From positions 1 to 57,189 of the forward strand of contig CAIWWH010000031.1 of NCBI GenBank assembly GCA_903916385.1: DNA of 57,189 bases, written 5' to 3'. The notes under the pieces are model-generated. The model saw only the letters and a list, made by a program, of their open reading frames with translations. It did no database searches and was not told the origin of the DNA. Position numbers and translations under genes: made by a program. Positions within the stretch are counted from its first letter, which is position 1, and every line of letters starts with the position of its first letter. Source of the stretch: an uncultured Actinomycetes bacterium. Its GTDB lineage: Bacteria > Actinomycetota > Actinomycetes > Nanopelagicales > Nanopelagicaceae. Shown here in pieces: positions 1-10,984 of this stretch.

Positions 1-63
1 CTCGCAGATCGCGAGAAGGGCTTCGCCGATATCTCAACGGAGGTGCTACCCGGACTCTTTTAG
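1..63 (+). CDS. mraZ: MraZ, C-terminal fragment (gene runs off the 5' edge)
   Basis: Frame 1 reads ...LADREKGFADISTEVLPGLF then TAG at 61-63. An EVLPG(L/I)F tail is typical of actinobacterial MraZ, and the position directly upstream of rsmH fits. Confidence 0.6.
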   Translation, partial: LADREKGFADISTEVLPGLF

Positions 64-233
64 GCCGCACCGGATCTCTCTGGTTAGGCCATCGCCGACT
101 TCATATTAACGACGCCACTTCCCCGGCGCCGTTCCCCCCTAGATCCGTCGGTCGGCGGTGACCTAGTTAGAGAAGTCGATAACTACGAAGACCAAGCAGT
201 TGCACTCCAAAACGAACGAGAAAGGGGAAGCAG

Positions 234-1193
234 ATGACACACCAACATATACCTGTTGCGCTTGAGCGTTGCATCGAATTGCTGACCCCTGCTATCGAAC
301 ACTCGTTAAAGAACCAGTCAGCCACCTACGTTATTGATGCAACTTTGGGTCTCGGTGGACATACCCGAGCTCTCCTTGCGAAATTCCCAACTCTCCTCGT
401 GATCGGAATCGACCGCGACGAGAGCGCCATCGCAATCGCGCGTAAAAATGTGGCTCCCTTTGGAGACCGCTTGTTGATCTCGCATGCAACGTACGACCAG
501 ATCGATGAGATTCTCGCTACGCAAGGAATCTCTCACGTGGCCGGCGCTCTCTTCGATCTCGGAGTCTCTTCAATGCAACTCGATGATGGAGAGCGTGGAT
601 TCGCTTACTCGTATGACGCACCGCTGGATATGCGCATGGATCAGAGCAAAGGATTAACTGCCTTTGAAGTTCTGCAAAGCTACGAACACGGTGCGCTGGT
701 TCGCATTCTGCGCAATTATGGCGAAGAGAAGTTTGCGCCGCGTATCGCCGACTTTATTGTTGAAGCTAGAAAAGCGGGAACGCTCAACACAACAAAAGAT
801 TTGGCAGAGCTGGTCAAGAACGCAATTCCAGCGGCGGCGCGTCGCACAGGAGGAAATCCGGCGAAGCGCACTTTCCAAGCCTTGCGCATTGAAGTCAACC
901 AGGAACTCGCAATACTCGAGCGCGCAATTCCAGCGGCGCTTGCCGCTCTAAACGTGCATGGTCGCCTAGTCGTCATGGCTTATCAATCTCTTGAAGACAA
1001 AATCGTGAAGAGCGCCTTGAACGAGGTAACAGAGTCCAAAACTCCACGCGGCTTACCAGTAGACCTTCCTGATAGCGCAGCAAAGTATGCCCTCGTTATG
1101 CGGGGGAGTGAGGCCGCCTCCGATGCAGAGATAGTTCTCAATCCGCGGGCACAATCCATGCGCCTGCGCGCCGTTGAACGGTTGGCTGCATAA
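234..1193 (+). CDS. rsmH: 16S rRNA (cytosine1402-N4)-methyltransferase RsmH/MraW
   Basis: 319-aa ORF with SAM-methyltransferase motifs (IDATLGLGGHT, DLGVSSMQLD). It is the first full gene of the dcw cluster. SD AAAGGGGAAG lies just upstream of the ATG. Confidence 0.95.
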   Translation: MTHQHIPVALERCIELLTPAIEHSLKNQSATYVIDATLGLGGHTRALLAKFPTLLVIGIDRDESAIAIARKNVAPFGDRLLISHATYDQIDEILATQGISHVAGALFDLGVSSMQLDDGERGFAYSYDAPLDMRMDQSKGLTAFEVLQSYEHGALVRILRNYGEEKFAPRIADFIVEARKAGTLNTTKDLAELVKNAIPAAARRTGGNPAKRTFQALRIEVNQELAILERAIPAALAALNVHGRLVVMAYQSLEDKIVKSALNEVTESKTPRGLPVDLPDSAAKYALVMRGSEAASDAEIVLNPRAQSMRLRAVERLAA

Positions 1194-1606
1194 TGGCGAT
1201 CACACAATTTGAAGACTTCGCTCCGGAGCTTCCACAGCGTTCTCGCGTAAGAGAATTTGCTGATCAAACTCGAGCAGCGTTACGCCTCGTACCAGATTTA
1301 ACAGTCGATAACAGCCAAGCTGTCAGCAATCGCGCCTTCTTCGCCTTTCTTATCGGTGTTTTTACTGCTGGGCTCCTTCTCCTGCTCAGCATAAATACGG
1401 CGCTCACCTCTGGTGCGTTCACGCTAGAGAATATGAAGCTCCACCTCGCGGCCGTAAACGATCAACGCGATGCGGTGCTCAATCAAGTGGCAACATTTTC
1501 CTCTCCCGACAACTTGGCGATCAACGCCACCAAATTGGGGATGCTGCCGCAGACGGGGATCAATTTCCTCGATATAAATACCGCATCACCGGGACCCACT
1601 AAATGA
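1193..1606 (+). CDS. ftsL: FtsL-like septation membrane protein
   Basis: 137 aa with a single TM helix (FFAFLIGVFTAGLLLLLSI). It occupies the conserved slot between rsmH and ftsI. The start overlaps the rsmH stop (TAATG) and the stop overlaps the ftsI start. Confidence 0.6.
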   Translation: MAITQFEDFAPELPQRSRVREFADQTRAALRLVPDLTVDNSQAVSNRAFFAFLIGVFTAGLLLLLSINTALTSGAFTLENMKLHLAAVNDQRDAVLNQVATFSSPDNLAINATKLGMLPQTGINFLDINTASPGPTK

Positions 1607-3417
1607 TCTCGCAGGAAGCTTTCGGCAAGCGAATCCGCTATTTAGTCGTGGCATTTCTCTTTATCTTCCTTATCTTCGGAGTTCGGCTCATCGATGTGCA
1701 AGCAGTTCAAGCAAGTGGATACTCCAAACGCGCAGCCAATGAAATGGTAAGCAAATCCACTTGGCTCGCTCCGCGTGGCACGATTACTGATGTCAACGGG
1801 ATTGTTCTCGCGCGCAGCGAAGCAGCGAAGAACATCATCGTGGATCAGACGATGATCGCCGACCCTGCAACAACGGCTCAGGTAACAGCAGCCGCACTTG
1901 AAATGCCTGTCGACCAATTGCAACTTCTCTTGACTGGGACGAAGCGCTACCAAGTTATTGAAAATGGCGTTGCGCCGATCGTCTGGGATAACCTACAAAG
2001 TGCGCTGACTTCTTATAACGCAAAAGTTGAAGCCACTCCCGGTGGGCTATCGAAGCGTCTCGTGGGTTTCTTCAGCGAGAACGCGTATTCGCGAAATTAC
2101 CCAACCGGGACTCTGGCTGCCTCACTTGTTGGACTGACCAACGCCGCGAATCAAGGTGCGGCGGGTATCGAAGCGAGCATGAACACGCTCTTAACGGGAT
2201 CCAATGGCGAGTACGACTACGTTAATGGCAATGGTGCGATCATTCCCGGATCACAACAATTCACGACTCCCGCCAAGCCGGGTACTGACGTACGACTGAC
2301 GATTGAGCGAGACATTCAGTGGGTGGCGCAGGATGCAATTTCAACCGCGGTAAAGGACTCAAAAGCTCTCTCCGGCACTGTGATTGTCATGGATCCGAAG
2401 ACAGGGGCGATTCTTGCGCAAGCAAGTGCTCCCACTTTCGACCCTGCCAAGCGCAGCCAAGTGACGCTAGATGAAATCCGCAACCCAGCCGTTCAGGATG
2501 TGTACGAGCCCGGTTCAACAGGAAAAGTTATAACCGTTGCAGCCGCTCTCGAGCAAGGAACTACAACCCCAACAACTGTCTATACAATTCCAAATACATT
2601 GAAAGCTGGCGGTCGGGTTTTTCACGACGATAAGAACCACCCTACTGAGCACTTAACTACCTCAGGAGTTCTCGCAGTTTCAAGCAACATCGGCGCAATT
2701 CAGATCGGCGCGGCGCTTCCAAACAATACTTTTTTCCGTTACCTCCAAAAGTTTGGCATCGGCCAGAGCACTGGATCGAATCTTCCTGGCGAATCTGCCG
2801 GAATTTTGCACCCCGTATCAGCCTGGTCAGCCTCCTCTGCTCCAACAATCGCCTTCGGACAGGGCTACTCAGTAACCGCGATGCAGGCAACCGATGTCTT
2901 CGCGACCATCGCAAACAACGGTGTGCGAGTCACACCTAATGTAATTGCAGGTACCGTTGATGCGAGCGGCCACTACACCCCTTCAAAACCTGCGACTCAG
3001 GTGCAGGTAATTAGTGCCGCAACGGCGCAAGAGATTCGCACGATGTTGGAAGGCGTTGTCTCGAATGAGGGAACTGCTCCTGCCGCTGAAATACCCGGCT
3101 ATAAAGTGGCTGGTAAGACTGGCACTGCAATGCGCTCCGACGCACGGTGTGGTTGTTATCGCGGTTACACCGCATCATTTATCGGGATGGCACCCGCCGC
3201 AGCTCCTAAATATGTGGTGAGTGTTGTTATCCAAAATCCACAAGGTCAACACTTCGGCGGCGAGATTGCCGCTCCTGTATTTAAGAAGGTCATGAGTTTT
3301 GTGCTACAGACCAAGCAGGTTCAGCCAGTGCTTTCTATCCAGCCTGCGTATCCGCTCACACAAGCAGATTTGATGGCGGCAGTTAAAGCGGTTCCACAGC
3401 CGGCGGTAACACAATGA
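1603..3417 (+). CDS. ftsI: Division-specific class B penicillin-binding protein (peptidoglycan D,D-transpeptidase FtsI)
   Basis: 604 aa with an N-terminal TM anchor. Transpeptidase motifs STGK, SSN and KTGT are all present. dcw context. Confidence 0.93.
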   Translation: MISQEAFGKRIRYLVVAFLFIFLIFGVRLIDVQAVQASGYSKRAANEMVSKSTWLAPRGTITDVNGIVLARSEAAKNIIVDQTMIADPATTAQVTAAALEMPVDQLQLLLTGTKRYQVIENGVAPIVWDNLQSALTSYNAKVEATPGGLSKRLVGFFSENAYSRNYPTGTLAASLVGLTNAANQGAAGIEASMNTLLTGSNGEYDYVNGNGAIIPGSQQFTTPAKPGTDVRLTIERDIQWVAQDAISTAVKDSKALSGTVIVMDPKTGAILAQASAPTFDPAKRSQVTLDEIRNPAVQDVYEPGSTGKVITVAAALEQGTTTPTTVYTIPNTLKAGGRVFHDDKNHPTEHLTTSGVLAVSSNIGAIQIGAALPNNTFFRYLQKFGIGQSTGSNLPGESAGILHPVSAWSASSAPTIAFGQGYSVTAMQATDVFATIANNGVRVTPNVIAGTVDASGHYTPSKPATQVQVISAATAQEIRTMLEGVVSNEGTAPAAEIPGYKVAGKTGTAMRSDARCGCYRGYTASFIGMAPAAAPKYVVSVVIQNPQGQHFGGEIAAPVFKKVMSFVLQTKQVQPVLSIQPAYPLTQADLMAAVKAVPQPAVTQ

Positions 3418-4919
3418 GTACCCACAACTCACAGCTCACTCCCGTTGCAATATTTTCAAAGCAAGGAAGCGACCTCGCTGCATTCATAGGCATCGATGCG
3501 CCGTCAAAGGAGTTCTCCTTCTCTGGCGTCACTCTTGACTCTCGCGCTGTGGGTGCAGAGGACCTTTTCATCGCCCTTCCTGGCGCAAAGGTACACGGGG
3601 CCACTTTCGTTGATGATGTGATTGCCGCGGGAGCGGTAGCAATTTTGACTGATGCCGTAGGGGCGAAACTGGTCACAGCCGAGATTCCTGTCTTGGTCGT
3701 CGGCAATCCACGCAGTTGGGTAGGCGCGATCGCCTCCTGGTTTTATGGCAATCCATTCAGTGCCCTTGATGCCGTCGGAATAACTGGCACCAACGGTAAA
3801 ACAACTACCGCCTCCCTTGTTGATCAGATTTGGCGGCTCGATGGTCGTGCAACTGGGTTTATTGGAACTATCGGCATCAGTATCGATGGCGAAGAGTATG
3901 GAGCTAACTACACCACTCCTGAGGGCACAGACTTGCAGGCAGTTGTGGCGACGATGCGAGAGCAGCACGTTCGAAATCTTGTGATGGAGGTGAGCAGCCA
4001 CGCGCTCTCCATGGGCCGTGTTTCAGGAGCGCACTTTAGAGCGGTCGGCTTTACAAACCTGACACAGGATCATCTGGATTTTCATGGCGATATGGAGAGT
4101 TACTTCCTCGCCAAATCTCGGCTATTCACCAACGAATTAGCCGATACCGCGATCGTGAATATTGATAGTGAGTACGGTCAACGCCTCTTCGCAGAAGCGA
4201 CTATCCCAATGCTCACGGTCTCCCGTTCAAATCCGCGAGCCGATTGGCGCTACGAAAGTTTCATTGCTTTGCAGTCAGGCGTTGGCTACGAAGTTGCGAT
4301 CCGAGGGACTGGCGGAATCTTGATTGAGGGTCACCTTCCGCTCCTCGGATTGCACAATCTTGATAATGCAATTCTTGCGATTGCGCTGGCTGTTGAAAGT
4401 GGCGTTGATCCGATTGCGCTGGCGTACTACATGCGCAAACTCACCGCGCCTGTTGGTCGACTAGAGCCGGTCGAGGTGGGACAAAAGTTTTTAGCTTTGG
4501 TGGATTACGCGCATACTCCAGATGCTGTGAGTCGAGCACTTGCAACGGCACGCTCTCTCACCAGCGGCCGGGTAATTGCAATACTTGGCTGTGGGGGAGA
4601 CCGAGATAAGAGCAAGCGTCCCATCATGGGGCGTGCGCTGCGTGAAGGGTCAGATCTCGCGGTTTTCACCTCTGACAATCCGCGGAGCGAGGATCCGCTG
4701 CAGATTTTGTCGGAGATGCTGGCCGGGAGCGCAGATACTGATGAAATTATCGAGCCGGACCGTCGTAGCGCCATTGCGAGAGCGGTGTTGGAGGCTGAAC
4801 CTGGAGATTGCGTTATTGTTCTAGGCAAGGGTCATGAACGAGGCCAAGATATTAAGGGAGTTAAATATCCCTTTGATGATCGGATCGAACTGGCTCGTGC
4901 AATCGAGGAGTTGTCATGA
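3414..4919 (+). CDS. murE: UDP-N-acetylmuramoyl-L-alanyl-D-glutamate--2,6-diaminopimelate ligase
   Basis: Mur ligase P-loop GITGTNGKTTT. A C-terminal DNPR motif (TSDNPRSEDP) is typical of DAP-adding MurE. ATGA overlap with ftsI. Confidence 0.95.
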   Translation: MSTHNSQLTPVAIFSKQGSDLAAFIGIDAPSKEFSFSGVTLDSRAVGAEDLFIALPGAKVHGATFVDDVIAAGAVAILTDAVGAKLVTAEIPVLVVGNPRSWVGAIASWFYGNPFSALDAVGITGTNGKTTTASLVDQIWRLDGRATGFIGTIGISIDGEEYGANYTTPEGTDLQAVVATMREQHVRNLVMEVSSHALSMGRVSGAHFRAVGFTNLTQDHLDFHGDMESYFLAKSRLFTNELADTAIVNIDSEYGQRLFAEATIPMLTVSRSNPRADWRYESFIALQSGVGYEVAIRGTGGILIEGHLPLLGLHNLDNAILAIALAVESGVDPIALAYYMRKLTAPVGRLEPVEVGQKFLALVDYAHTPDAVSRALATARSLTSGRVIAILGCGGDRDKSKRPIMGRALREGSDLAVFTSDNPRSEDPLQILSEMLAGSADTDEIIEPDRRSAIARAVLEAEPGDCVIVLGKGHERGQDIKGVKYPFDDRIELARAIEELS

Positions 4920-6307
4920 TCGCTTTAACAGTCGCTGAAATCGCGCAGATCATCGACGCTGAGATAGTTGGACTTGATGCCGCTGCAGTCATTACCGAAT
5001 ACCCTGAGATTGATTCTCGGAAAATCACTACAGGGTCTTTCTTTGTCGCCCTTCCTGGTGAGCGAGTTGATGGCAATGATTACGCCAAAGAGGCGATTGC
5101 AAATGGCGCCCGCTTTGCCATCACAACATATAACTTAGGAATTCCATCGTTCGTCGTAACGGATGCGGCTAAAGCACTTGCTCAGTTAGCTACGGCGGTG
5201 CGGCTGCGAATGGAGCACTGCATATTCATCGGAATTACGGGTTCACATGGCAAGACGACTACAAAAGACTTGCTCGGTCATATCCTCTCCGTTCGCGGGG
5301 AATGTGTAGTTCCAAGCGGCTCTTTCAATAACGAGATCGGCGTTCCACTCACAATCTTGCACACGACAGATTCCACCCAATTCTGCGCCGTTGAGATGGG
5401 TGCGCGCCACATGGGCGACATCACCAGCCTCTGTGCCATCGCCAAACCACACATTGGAATCGTTCTTGTGGTGGGCAGCGCCCACCTCGGAGAGTTTGGA
5501 AGTCGCGAGGCAATTGCCTTGGCGAAATCAGAGTTGGTCAATGCTCTTCCGGAACATGGCGTGGCAATCCTCGGAAGTTACGATCCACTTACCCCTCATA
5601 TGGGCGAAGGAAGTTCGCGTAAGAGAATTACATTCGGCGAGAAGAGCAGTTGCAATGTTCGGGCGGCCGATCTCGAGTTTCGAGAGGGGATGGCGCACTT
5701 TGATCTTGTAAGCGAGTCAGGACGCGCTCCCGTTGCTCTGCGCCTGCTTGGTGCGCATCAGGTAGCAAATGCCCTAGCTGCTGCGGCTACCGCCCTTGAA
5801 GTCGGAATCTCCATCGAATCCGTGGCGGCCGCCCTTTCGACGGCAGAACCGCGGAGCAAGTGGCGGATGGAACTGCACGATGTAGATGAACTCCTGATTA
5901 TTAATGACTCCTACAACGCCAACCCGGAGAGCATGCAAGCTGCCCTGCGCACCTTGGTGCTTCTAACGCAGGAGCGCGGGGGATCTTCTTGGGCAATATT
6001 GGGGAAGATGCATGAACTCGGCGAGTCCGAGCGCGAAGAGCACCTGCACATTGGCAGACTCGCCTCTGAATTGGGGGTCGATCACTTGGTAGCCGTAGGA
6101 ACAGAGTTATATCTCGATGGACTTGAGCTAGATCCAGCGGCGGGCGATGAGATGCTGACCCATTACTTCCTCACCCAAGAAGAGGCGCTGCAGGCTTTAG
6201 ACCATATAGAGCGAGGGGATGTCCTTCTTATTAAGGCATCGCGAGCCGAGCATCTCGATGAACTCTCCGAAAAATTGTTGGCTAACTGGCAAGGAGAGCA
6301 AGAGTGA
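4916..6307 (+). CDS. murF: UDP-N-acetylmuramoyl-tripeptide--D-alanyl-D-alanine ligase
   Basis: Mur ligase P-loop [13 protein letters not shown], 463 aa, in the conserved position after murE. Confidence 0.95.
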   Translation: MIALTVAEIAQIIDAEIVGLDAAAVITEYPEIDSRKITTGSFFVALPGERVDGNDYAKEAIANGARFAITTYNLGIPSFVVTDAAKALAQLATAVRLRMEHCIFIGITGSHGKTTTKDLLGHILSVRGECVVPSGSFNNEIGVPLTILHTTDSTQFCAVEMGARHMGDITSLCAIAKPHIGIVLVVGSAHLGEFGSREAIALAKSELVNALPEHGVAILGSYDPLTPHMGEGSSRKRITFGEKSSCNVRAADLEFREGMAHFDLVSESGRAPVALRLLGAHQVANALAAAATALEVGISIESVAAALSTAEPRSKWRMELHDVDELLIINDSYNANPESMQAALRTLVLLTQERGGSSWAILGKMHELGESEREEHLHIGRLASELGVDHLVAVGTELYLDGLELDPAAGDEMLTHYFLTQEEALQALDHIERGDVLLIKASRAEHLDELSEKLLANWQGEQE

Positions 6308-7374
6308 AAGAGATTCTGCTAGCCGGTACCACATCAACACTTCTAAGTTTTCTATTGACCCCTATCTTTATTCGCTTCCTCGCGGCACGTGGCTACGGTC
6401 AGAATATTCGCGATGATGGCCCAACGAGCCACCATGTAAAACGTGGGACGCCCACGATGGGCGGCGTGGTTCTCATTACTGCGGCGATCGTCGGTTATTT
6501 CACATCACACCTAATTAATGGAGTACGCATCAGCGCCTCCGCCTTGCTGGTAATTGGGCTCGTGCTTGGTCTAGGGGCTGTTGGACTTCTCGATGATTGG
6601 CTCAAGATTGTTAAACAGCGCTCATTAGGTCTACGCGGCAAACAAAAGTTAGCAGGACAAGCGTTGGTGGCTGGTGGCTTTGCCTTTGCTGGTCTGCACT
6701 TTCGCGATACCTTTAAATTAACGCCGATCTCCTTCCACCTCTCGACGGTCCGCGATACCTCCTTGGCGCTCGGTACCGTCCTTGTCATTATTTGGGTCGT
6801 TTTTCTTGTACTGGGCACTAGTAATGGCGTAAACCTCACCGACGGGCTCGATGGTCTGGCGAGTGGAACTTCCATCATGACCTTGCTCGCCTTTGTACTC
6901 ATCGGCGTGTGGGAGTTTCGCCAGAGTTGTGGACTGGGTAGCAGCGAAGTTCTCACTTCCAAGTGTTACTACGTTCGAGATCCGCTCGACCTCGCCGTGC
7001 TGGCCGCGGCCTTTGCGGGTTCATGCGCAGGATTTTTATGGTGGAACACCTCACCAGCTCGTATTTTCATGGGAGATGTAGGTTCACTCGCACTGGGTGG
7101 AGCGCTCGCTGGCCTAGCAATCACTCTCCGTATCGAGATGCTCCTCGCCGTTCTCGGTGGACTATTCGTGATCATTACGATGTCTGTGATCATTCAAACT
7201 GGGTACTTCAAATTATCAGGCGGTAAACGAGTCTTCCGTATGGCTCCATTGCAGCATCACTTTGAGCTTCTAGGTTGGGCCGAAGTAACAATCGTTATTC
7301 GTTTCTGGATTATTGCTGGATTGAGCGTTGCTGCAGGCCTAGGACTCTTCTATGCACAGTGGGTGAGTTCCTAA
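6304..7374 (+). CDS. mraY: Phospho-N-acetylmuramoyl-pentapeptide transferase
   Basis: Polytopic membrane protein with MraY motifs ([29 protein letters not shown]). GTG start overlaps the murF stop (GTGA). Confidence 0.95.
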   Translation: MKEILLAGTTSTLLSFLLTPIFIRFLAARGYGQNIRDDGPTSHHVKRGTPTMGGVVLITAAIVGYFTSHLINGVRISASALLVIGLVLGLGAVGLLDDWLKIVKQRSLGLRGKQKLAGQALVAGGFAFAGLHFRDTFKLTPISFHLSTVRDTSLALGTVLVIIWVVFLVLGTSNGVNLTDGLDGLASGTSIMTLLAFVLIGVWEFRQSCGLGSSEVLTSKCYYVRDPLDLAVLAAAFAGSCAGFLWWNTSPARIFMGDVGSLALGGALAGLAITLRIEMLLAVLGGLFVIITMSVIIQTGYFKLSGGKRVFRMAPLQHHFELLGWAEVTIVIRFWIIAGLSVAAGLGLFYAQWVSS

Positions 7375-8724
7375 ATGTCATTTATTGCTGCGCTCGCCAC
7401 AAAGAAGATCGCCGTTGTGGGTGCTGGGGTCACTGGCAGCGCAGTAGTTGAGTTTCTGAAGAGCCGAGGTGTGAGCGCAGATGTATTGGATGAGAAAGCG
7501 GCAGGCGCGCTGCGTAGCGTGGAATCCACTTACGAGTTGGCCGTTATCTCACCTGGTTGGAGAATTGATCACCCAATCATTCTTGCTCTGCAATCAACCG
7601 GCTGTGAGATTTTAAGCGAGTTGGATTTCGCGTGGCTTGTAAAAGAAGAGATAGCACCGGAACAAAAATGGATCGCCTTAACGGGCACCAACGGCAAGAC
7701 CACCACCATTCAGATGGTGCAGTCGATCTTCGATTACAGCTCAAAGTCGGGAGTTGCCTGCGGAAATGTGGGAGATCCCGTAATTGGAATCCTTGGCTCG
7801 GGTCAGAACTATGACTTCCTCGCAATTGAACTCTCTTCCTTTCAATTGGAGTGGAGTGCACTGCCACGCTACGAAGCCGTTGCCCTACTCAACATTGCTC
7901 CGGACCATATAGATTGGCATGGCTCTTTCGACCAGTACGCTCTTGCAAAATTGAAGTTGCTCTCCGCGAGCCAGATCGCGATTATTAATGGAGAAGACAG
8001 TGAGAGCGTCTTGCGCGCCACCTCTTGGTCTGGCAGGAAGATCTTCTACTTTTTAGATACTCCGCAGGCGGGAGAGTTGGGGCTCGTTGAGAACCTGCTC
8101 GTCGACCGCGCCTTCACCGCTGATCCAAAGCAAGCCTTTGACTTTGCTGAGCTCTCGGATATCCATCCGACGGTTCCTCATAATGTTTCAAATGCGATGG
8201 CCGCTGCTGGCTTGGCCCTTGCCATTGGAATAACCCACGATGAGATTAGAGCGGGGCTGCAGAACTTCACACTTGATCGCCATCGCCTCGAATTGGTGCT
8301 GGAGCGCGATGGAATTTCGTGGGTAAATGATTCAAAGGCCACCAATCCTCATGCTGCAGCGGCGGCTCTTCTCTCACATATCTCTTCAATCTGGATTGCG
8401 GGTGGTCTGGCGAAGGGTGCCGCGATGGGACCACTCATCGAACGTTGCGCCCCGCGTATAAAGGCAGCTTTGCTTATTGGGCAAGATGCTCCGCTTATTG
8501 CAACGGCGCTCTCCAAACACGCGCCGCAGATCCCATACTTTATTCTTCCCTTTAACGGGGACTCCGCAGAGTTGATGCGTGAGGTTGTGGTCCGTGCCGC
8601 AGAGTTGGCCGCTCCAGGAGATACCGTCCTTTTAGCTCCAGCCTGCGCATCGATGGATCAATTCAAGGATTACGCCGATCGCGGAGAGAAGTTCAGCCTC
8701 GCGGTCCGTGAGTTGGTCGCCTGA
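7375..8724 (+). CDS. murD: UDP-N-acetylmuramoylalanine--D-glutamate ligase
   Basis: N-terminal Rossmann GAGVTGSA plus Mur ligase P-loop LTGTNGKTTT. dcw order. Confidence 0.95.
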   Translation: MSFIAALATKKIAVVGAGVTGSAVVEFLKSRGVSADVLDEKAAGALRSVESTYELAVISPGWRIDHPIILALQSTGCEILSELDFAWLVKEEIAPEQKWIALTGTNGKTTTIQMVQSIFDYSSKSGVACGNVGDPVIGILGSGQNYDFLAIELSSFQLEWSALPRYEAVALLNIAPDHIDWHGSFDQYALAKLKLLSASQIAIINGEDSESVLRATSWSGRKIFYFLDTPQAGELGLVENLLVDRAFTADPKQAFDFAELSDIHPTVPHNVSNAMAAAGLALAIGITHDEIRAGLQNFTLDRHRLELVLERDGISWVNDSKATNPHAAAAALLSHISSIWIAGGLAKGAAMGPLIERCAPRIKAALLIGQDAPLIATALSKHAPQIPYFILPFNGDSAELMREVVVRAAELAAPGDTVLLAPACASMDQFKDYADRGEKFSLAVRELVA

Positions 8725-9911
8725 TGAGCATTAAGCCCCCAACGCGACGCCAACGTTATTCCAATTATCTGCAACGTCCAGACGCTCCTTACTACATGAT
8801 CATCGGCGCACTTACCTTTTTATCTGGACTCGGCCTCGTCATGGTGCTCTCCGCCTCAAGCGTCGTCTCTTTGCAGCAATCTGGTTCAACATACGCCATT
8901 TTCTTTAAGCAGTTGATGTTCTTCGGAATTGCAATTTTTGCTCTCCTGATCGTCTCGCATTGGAAGAGTCACATCTGGGAGCAATTGACGCGATACTCCT
9001 TTGGTCTCTCCTTCCTCGCACTCTGCCTGCCGCTCGTACCAGGACTTAAATTGACGGTGAACGGAAATACAAACTGGATTCACTTTGGTTCATTCACGAT
9101 GCAGCCATCGGAGTTTGCGAAATTGGGATTGATTCTTTGGTGTGCAGGTCAATTGCGCAAATATGACGAGACTGTGCAGAATCGCTCTGCAATGCGGCAT
9201 GTTGCATTCGTTCTCTCTGGAACGCTCCCGCTGATTGTTTTGATTCTTAAAGGCGGCGACTTAGGAACTACCGTGATTGTCCTTGGCATTGTCTCCACGA
9301 TGCTCTTTGTGAGCGGACTACCGATTCGTCATTTCTTAGTTATGGGCGCACTGGCCGTAGCGGGAGTAGTAGGCATGGTTTCCATAGCGCCCTATCGCTT
9401 GCACCGCTTCACAGCCGTTCTCAATCCATTTGCTCCCTCTGTCTACAAACTCGCAGGTTGGCAACCTGCTCATTCCGTGATGGGTCTGGCGAGCGGGGGA
9501 CTATTTGGAGTCGGACTGGGGGCGAGCAGACAGAAGTGGGGCAATCTCTCGGAGGCGCACACGGACTTTATATTTGCCGTTATTGGAGAAGAGCTTGGCC
9601 TGCTCGGCACGCTTGCGGTGCTGATTCTTTATGCCGCGCTTATCTATGGAATTTTCAGAACCGCCATGCAGACTCGCGATCTCTTCTCGCGCTACGCCTG
9701 CGCTGGAGTCGGTGGGTGGTTAATGATGCAGGTGATCATCAATATCGGATCTGTAGTTGGAGTCCTACCAGTGGTAGGCGTAACTCTTCCCTTTATAAGT
9801 TACGGCGGCTCATCGTTGATCGCGAACTTCTTAGCAGTTGGCTATGTTCTCAATGTCGCGCGCCGGGATCCGCGAGTGCGTGGCGCCATCAACTCCCATA
9901 AGCGAGTTTGA
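8724..9911 (+). CDS. ftsW: SEDS-family peptidoglycan glycosyltransferase FtsW
   Basis: 395-aa polytopic membrane protein of the FtsW/RodA family (PSEFAKL, HTDFIFAVIGEELG, LPFISYGGSS). Lies between murD and murG. Confidence 0.93.
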   Translation: MSIKPPTRRQRYSNYLQRPDAPYYMIIGALTFLSGLGLVMVLSASSVVSLQQSGSTYAIFFKQLMFFGIAIFALLIVSHWKSHIWEQLTRYSFGLSFLALCLPLVPGLKLTVNGNTNWIHFGSFTMQPSEFAKLGLILWCAGQLRKYDETVQNRSAMRHVAFVLSGTLPLIVLILKGGDLGTTVIVLGIVSTMLFVSGLPIRHFLVMGALAVAGVVGMVSIAPYRLHRFTAVLNPFAPSVYKLAGWQPAHSVMGLASGGLFGVGLGASRQKWGNLSEAHTDFIFAVIGEELGLLGTLAVLILYAALIYGIFRTAMQTRDLFSRYACAGVGGWLMMQVIINIGSVVGVLPVVGVTLPFISYGGSSLIANFLAVGYVLNVARRDPRVRGAINSHKRV

Positions 9912-10984
9912 AGATGAGAAAAATCTTCTTCGCAGGAGCTGGAACTGCCGGACATGTTGAACCTGCCTTAGCGGTCGCGAACTATCTCCGCGAGCTTCAT
10001 CCTGAGATCTCCTGCCATTTTCTGGGAACGGCCTCTGGCATAGAAACCGCGCTCGTATCTAAGGCTGGTTTTCCGCTCCACTTGATAGAAAAGGTACCCT
10101 TCCCACGCCGAGCAAATCTTGCTGCGCTGAAATGGCCTCTACGATTTCGCCGGACGCTGCGCGAAGTGGAGGAGTTAGTTTCGGGATCAGATCTCATCAT
10201 TGGTTTTGGAGGCTACGTGGCCGCCCCGGCCTATCTCGCCGCACGCCGTTCCGGAATTCCAATAATTGCTCATGAAGCAAATGCGAAGATGGGGCTGGCT
10301 AATCGTCTGGCGCGCCGTTGCGGTGCGACGATGCTGGGCGCCTTCTCGAAGGATCCGTCGGTACAAGTTGGCATTCCACTTCGACCATCCATCGTTGAAC
10401 TTGCTGGGGCAGATCGTGAACAACGCTCACTCCTGAAAAAAGAGGCGCTACGGGCTATGAACCTTGACCCAGATGCACCCACGATCCTTATCTTCGGCGG
10501 CTCGCTCGGGTCCATTAAGTTCAACGAGACCATCCAGAGCTCTCAGAAGGAGTTAGCACGCTCGGGATTTCAAATGATTCACGCGGTAGGAGGTAAGAAC
10601 GAGGTTCCGCAGGCGCAAGCTGGTTACTTTCCTACCTCGTATATCGAGGATATGGCTCAGGCATATGCCGCGAGCGATCTTGTGATTTCACGTAGTGGAG
10701 CAGTAACGGTCACCGAGACAGGGGTGCTTGGAATTTATACTCTCTACGTTCCGCTCCCAATCGGCAATGGTGAGCAGGCGGAGAATGCCAAGGTCGTTAC
10801 TGAGAGTGGGGGAGGCGAGATCATTAAGAACGCTGCTTTTACCTCGCAGTGGTTGTTGGCTAATGCAGATCGTTTGATGCTGGCAGCCAAGAATTACGGG
10901 TCGCGTGGGGCGCGCTTGAATTTCCCTCTTGATGCAGGTTCGAAAATTGCCTCGCGAGCGCTGCAGGTAATCGACCATGAGTAG
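9908..10984 (+). CDS. murG: Lipid II synthase MurG (UDP-GlcNAc transferase)
   Basis: GT28 N-terminal motif FAGAGTAGHVEPALA. The TTG at 9908 overlaps the ftsW stop, and the ATG at 9914 is an equally plausible start. Confidence 0.93.
   Translation: MKMRKIFFAGAGTAGHVEPALAVANYLRELHPEISCHFLGTASGIETALVSKAGFPLHLIEKVPFPRRANLAALKWPLRFRRTLREVEELVSGSDLIIGFGGYVAAPAYLAARRSGIPIIAHEANAKMGLANRLARRCGATMLGAFSKDPSVQVGIPLRPSIVELAGADREQRSLLKKEALRAMNLDPDAPTILIFGGSLGSIKFNETIQSSQKELARSGFQMIHAVGGKNEVPQAQAGYFPTSYIEDMAQAYAASDLVISRSGAVTVTETGVLGIYTLYVPLPIGNGEQAENAKVVTESGGGEIIKNAAFTSQWLLANADRLMLAAKNYGSRGARLNFPLDAGSKIASRALQVIDHE

Noticed and set aside
9458-9901. 147-aa alternative-frame ORF inside ftsW, and similar same-strand overlapping ORFs (for example 664-951, 5391-5711 and 20887-21222)
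   Set aside because: They are embedded out of frame in strongly supported genes, with Arg/Ser/Trp-rich arbitrary sequence and no SD or motif support.
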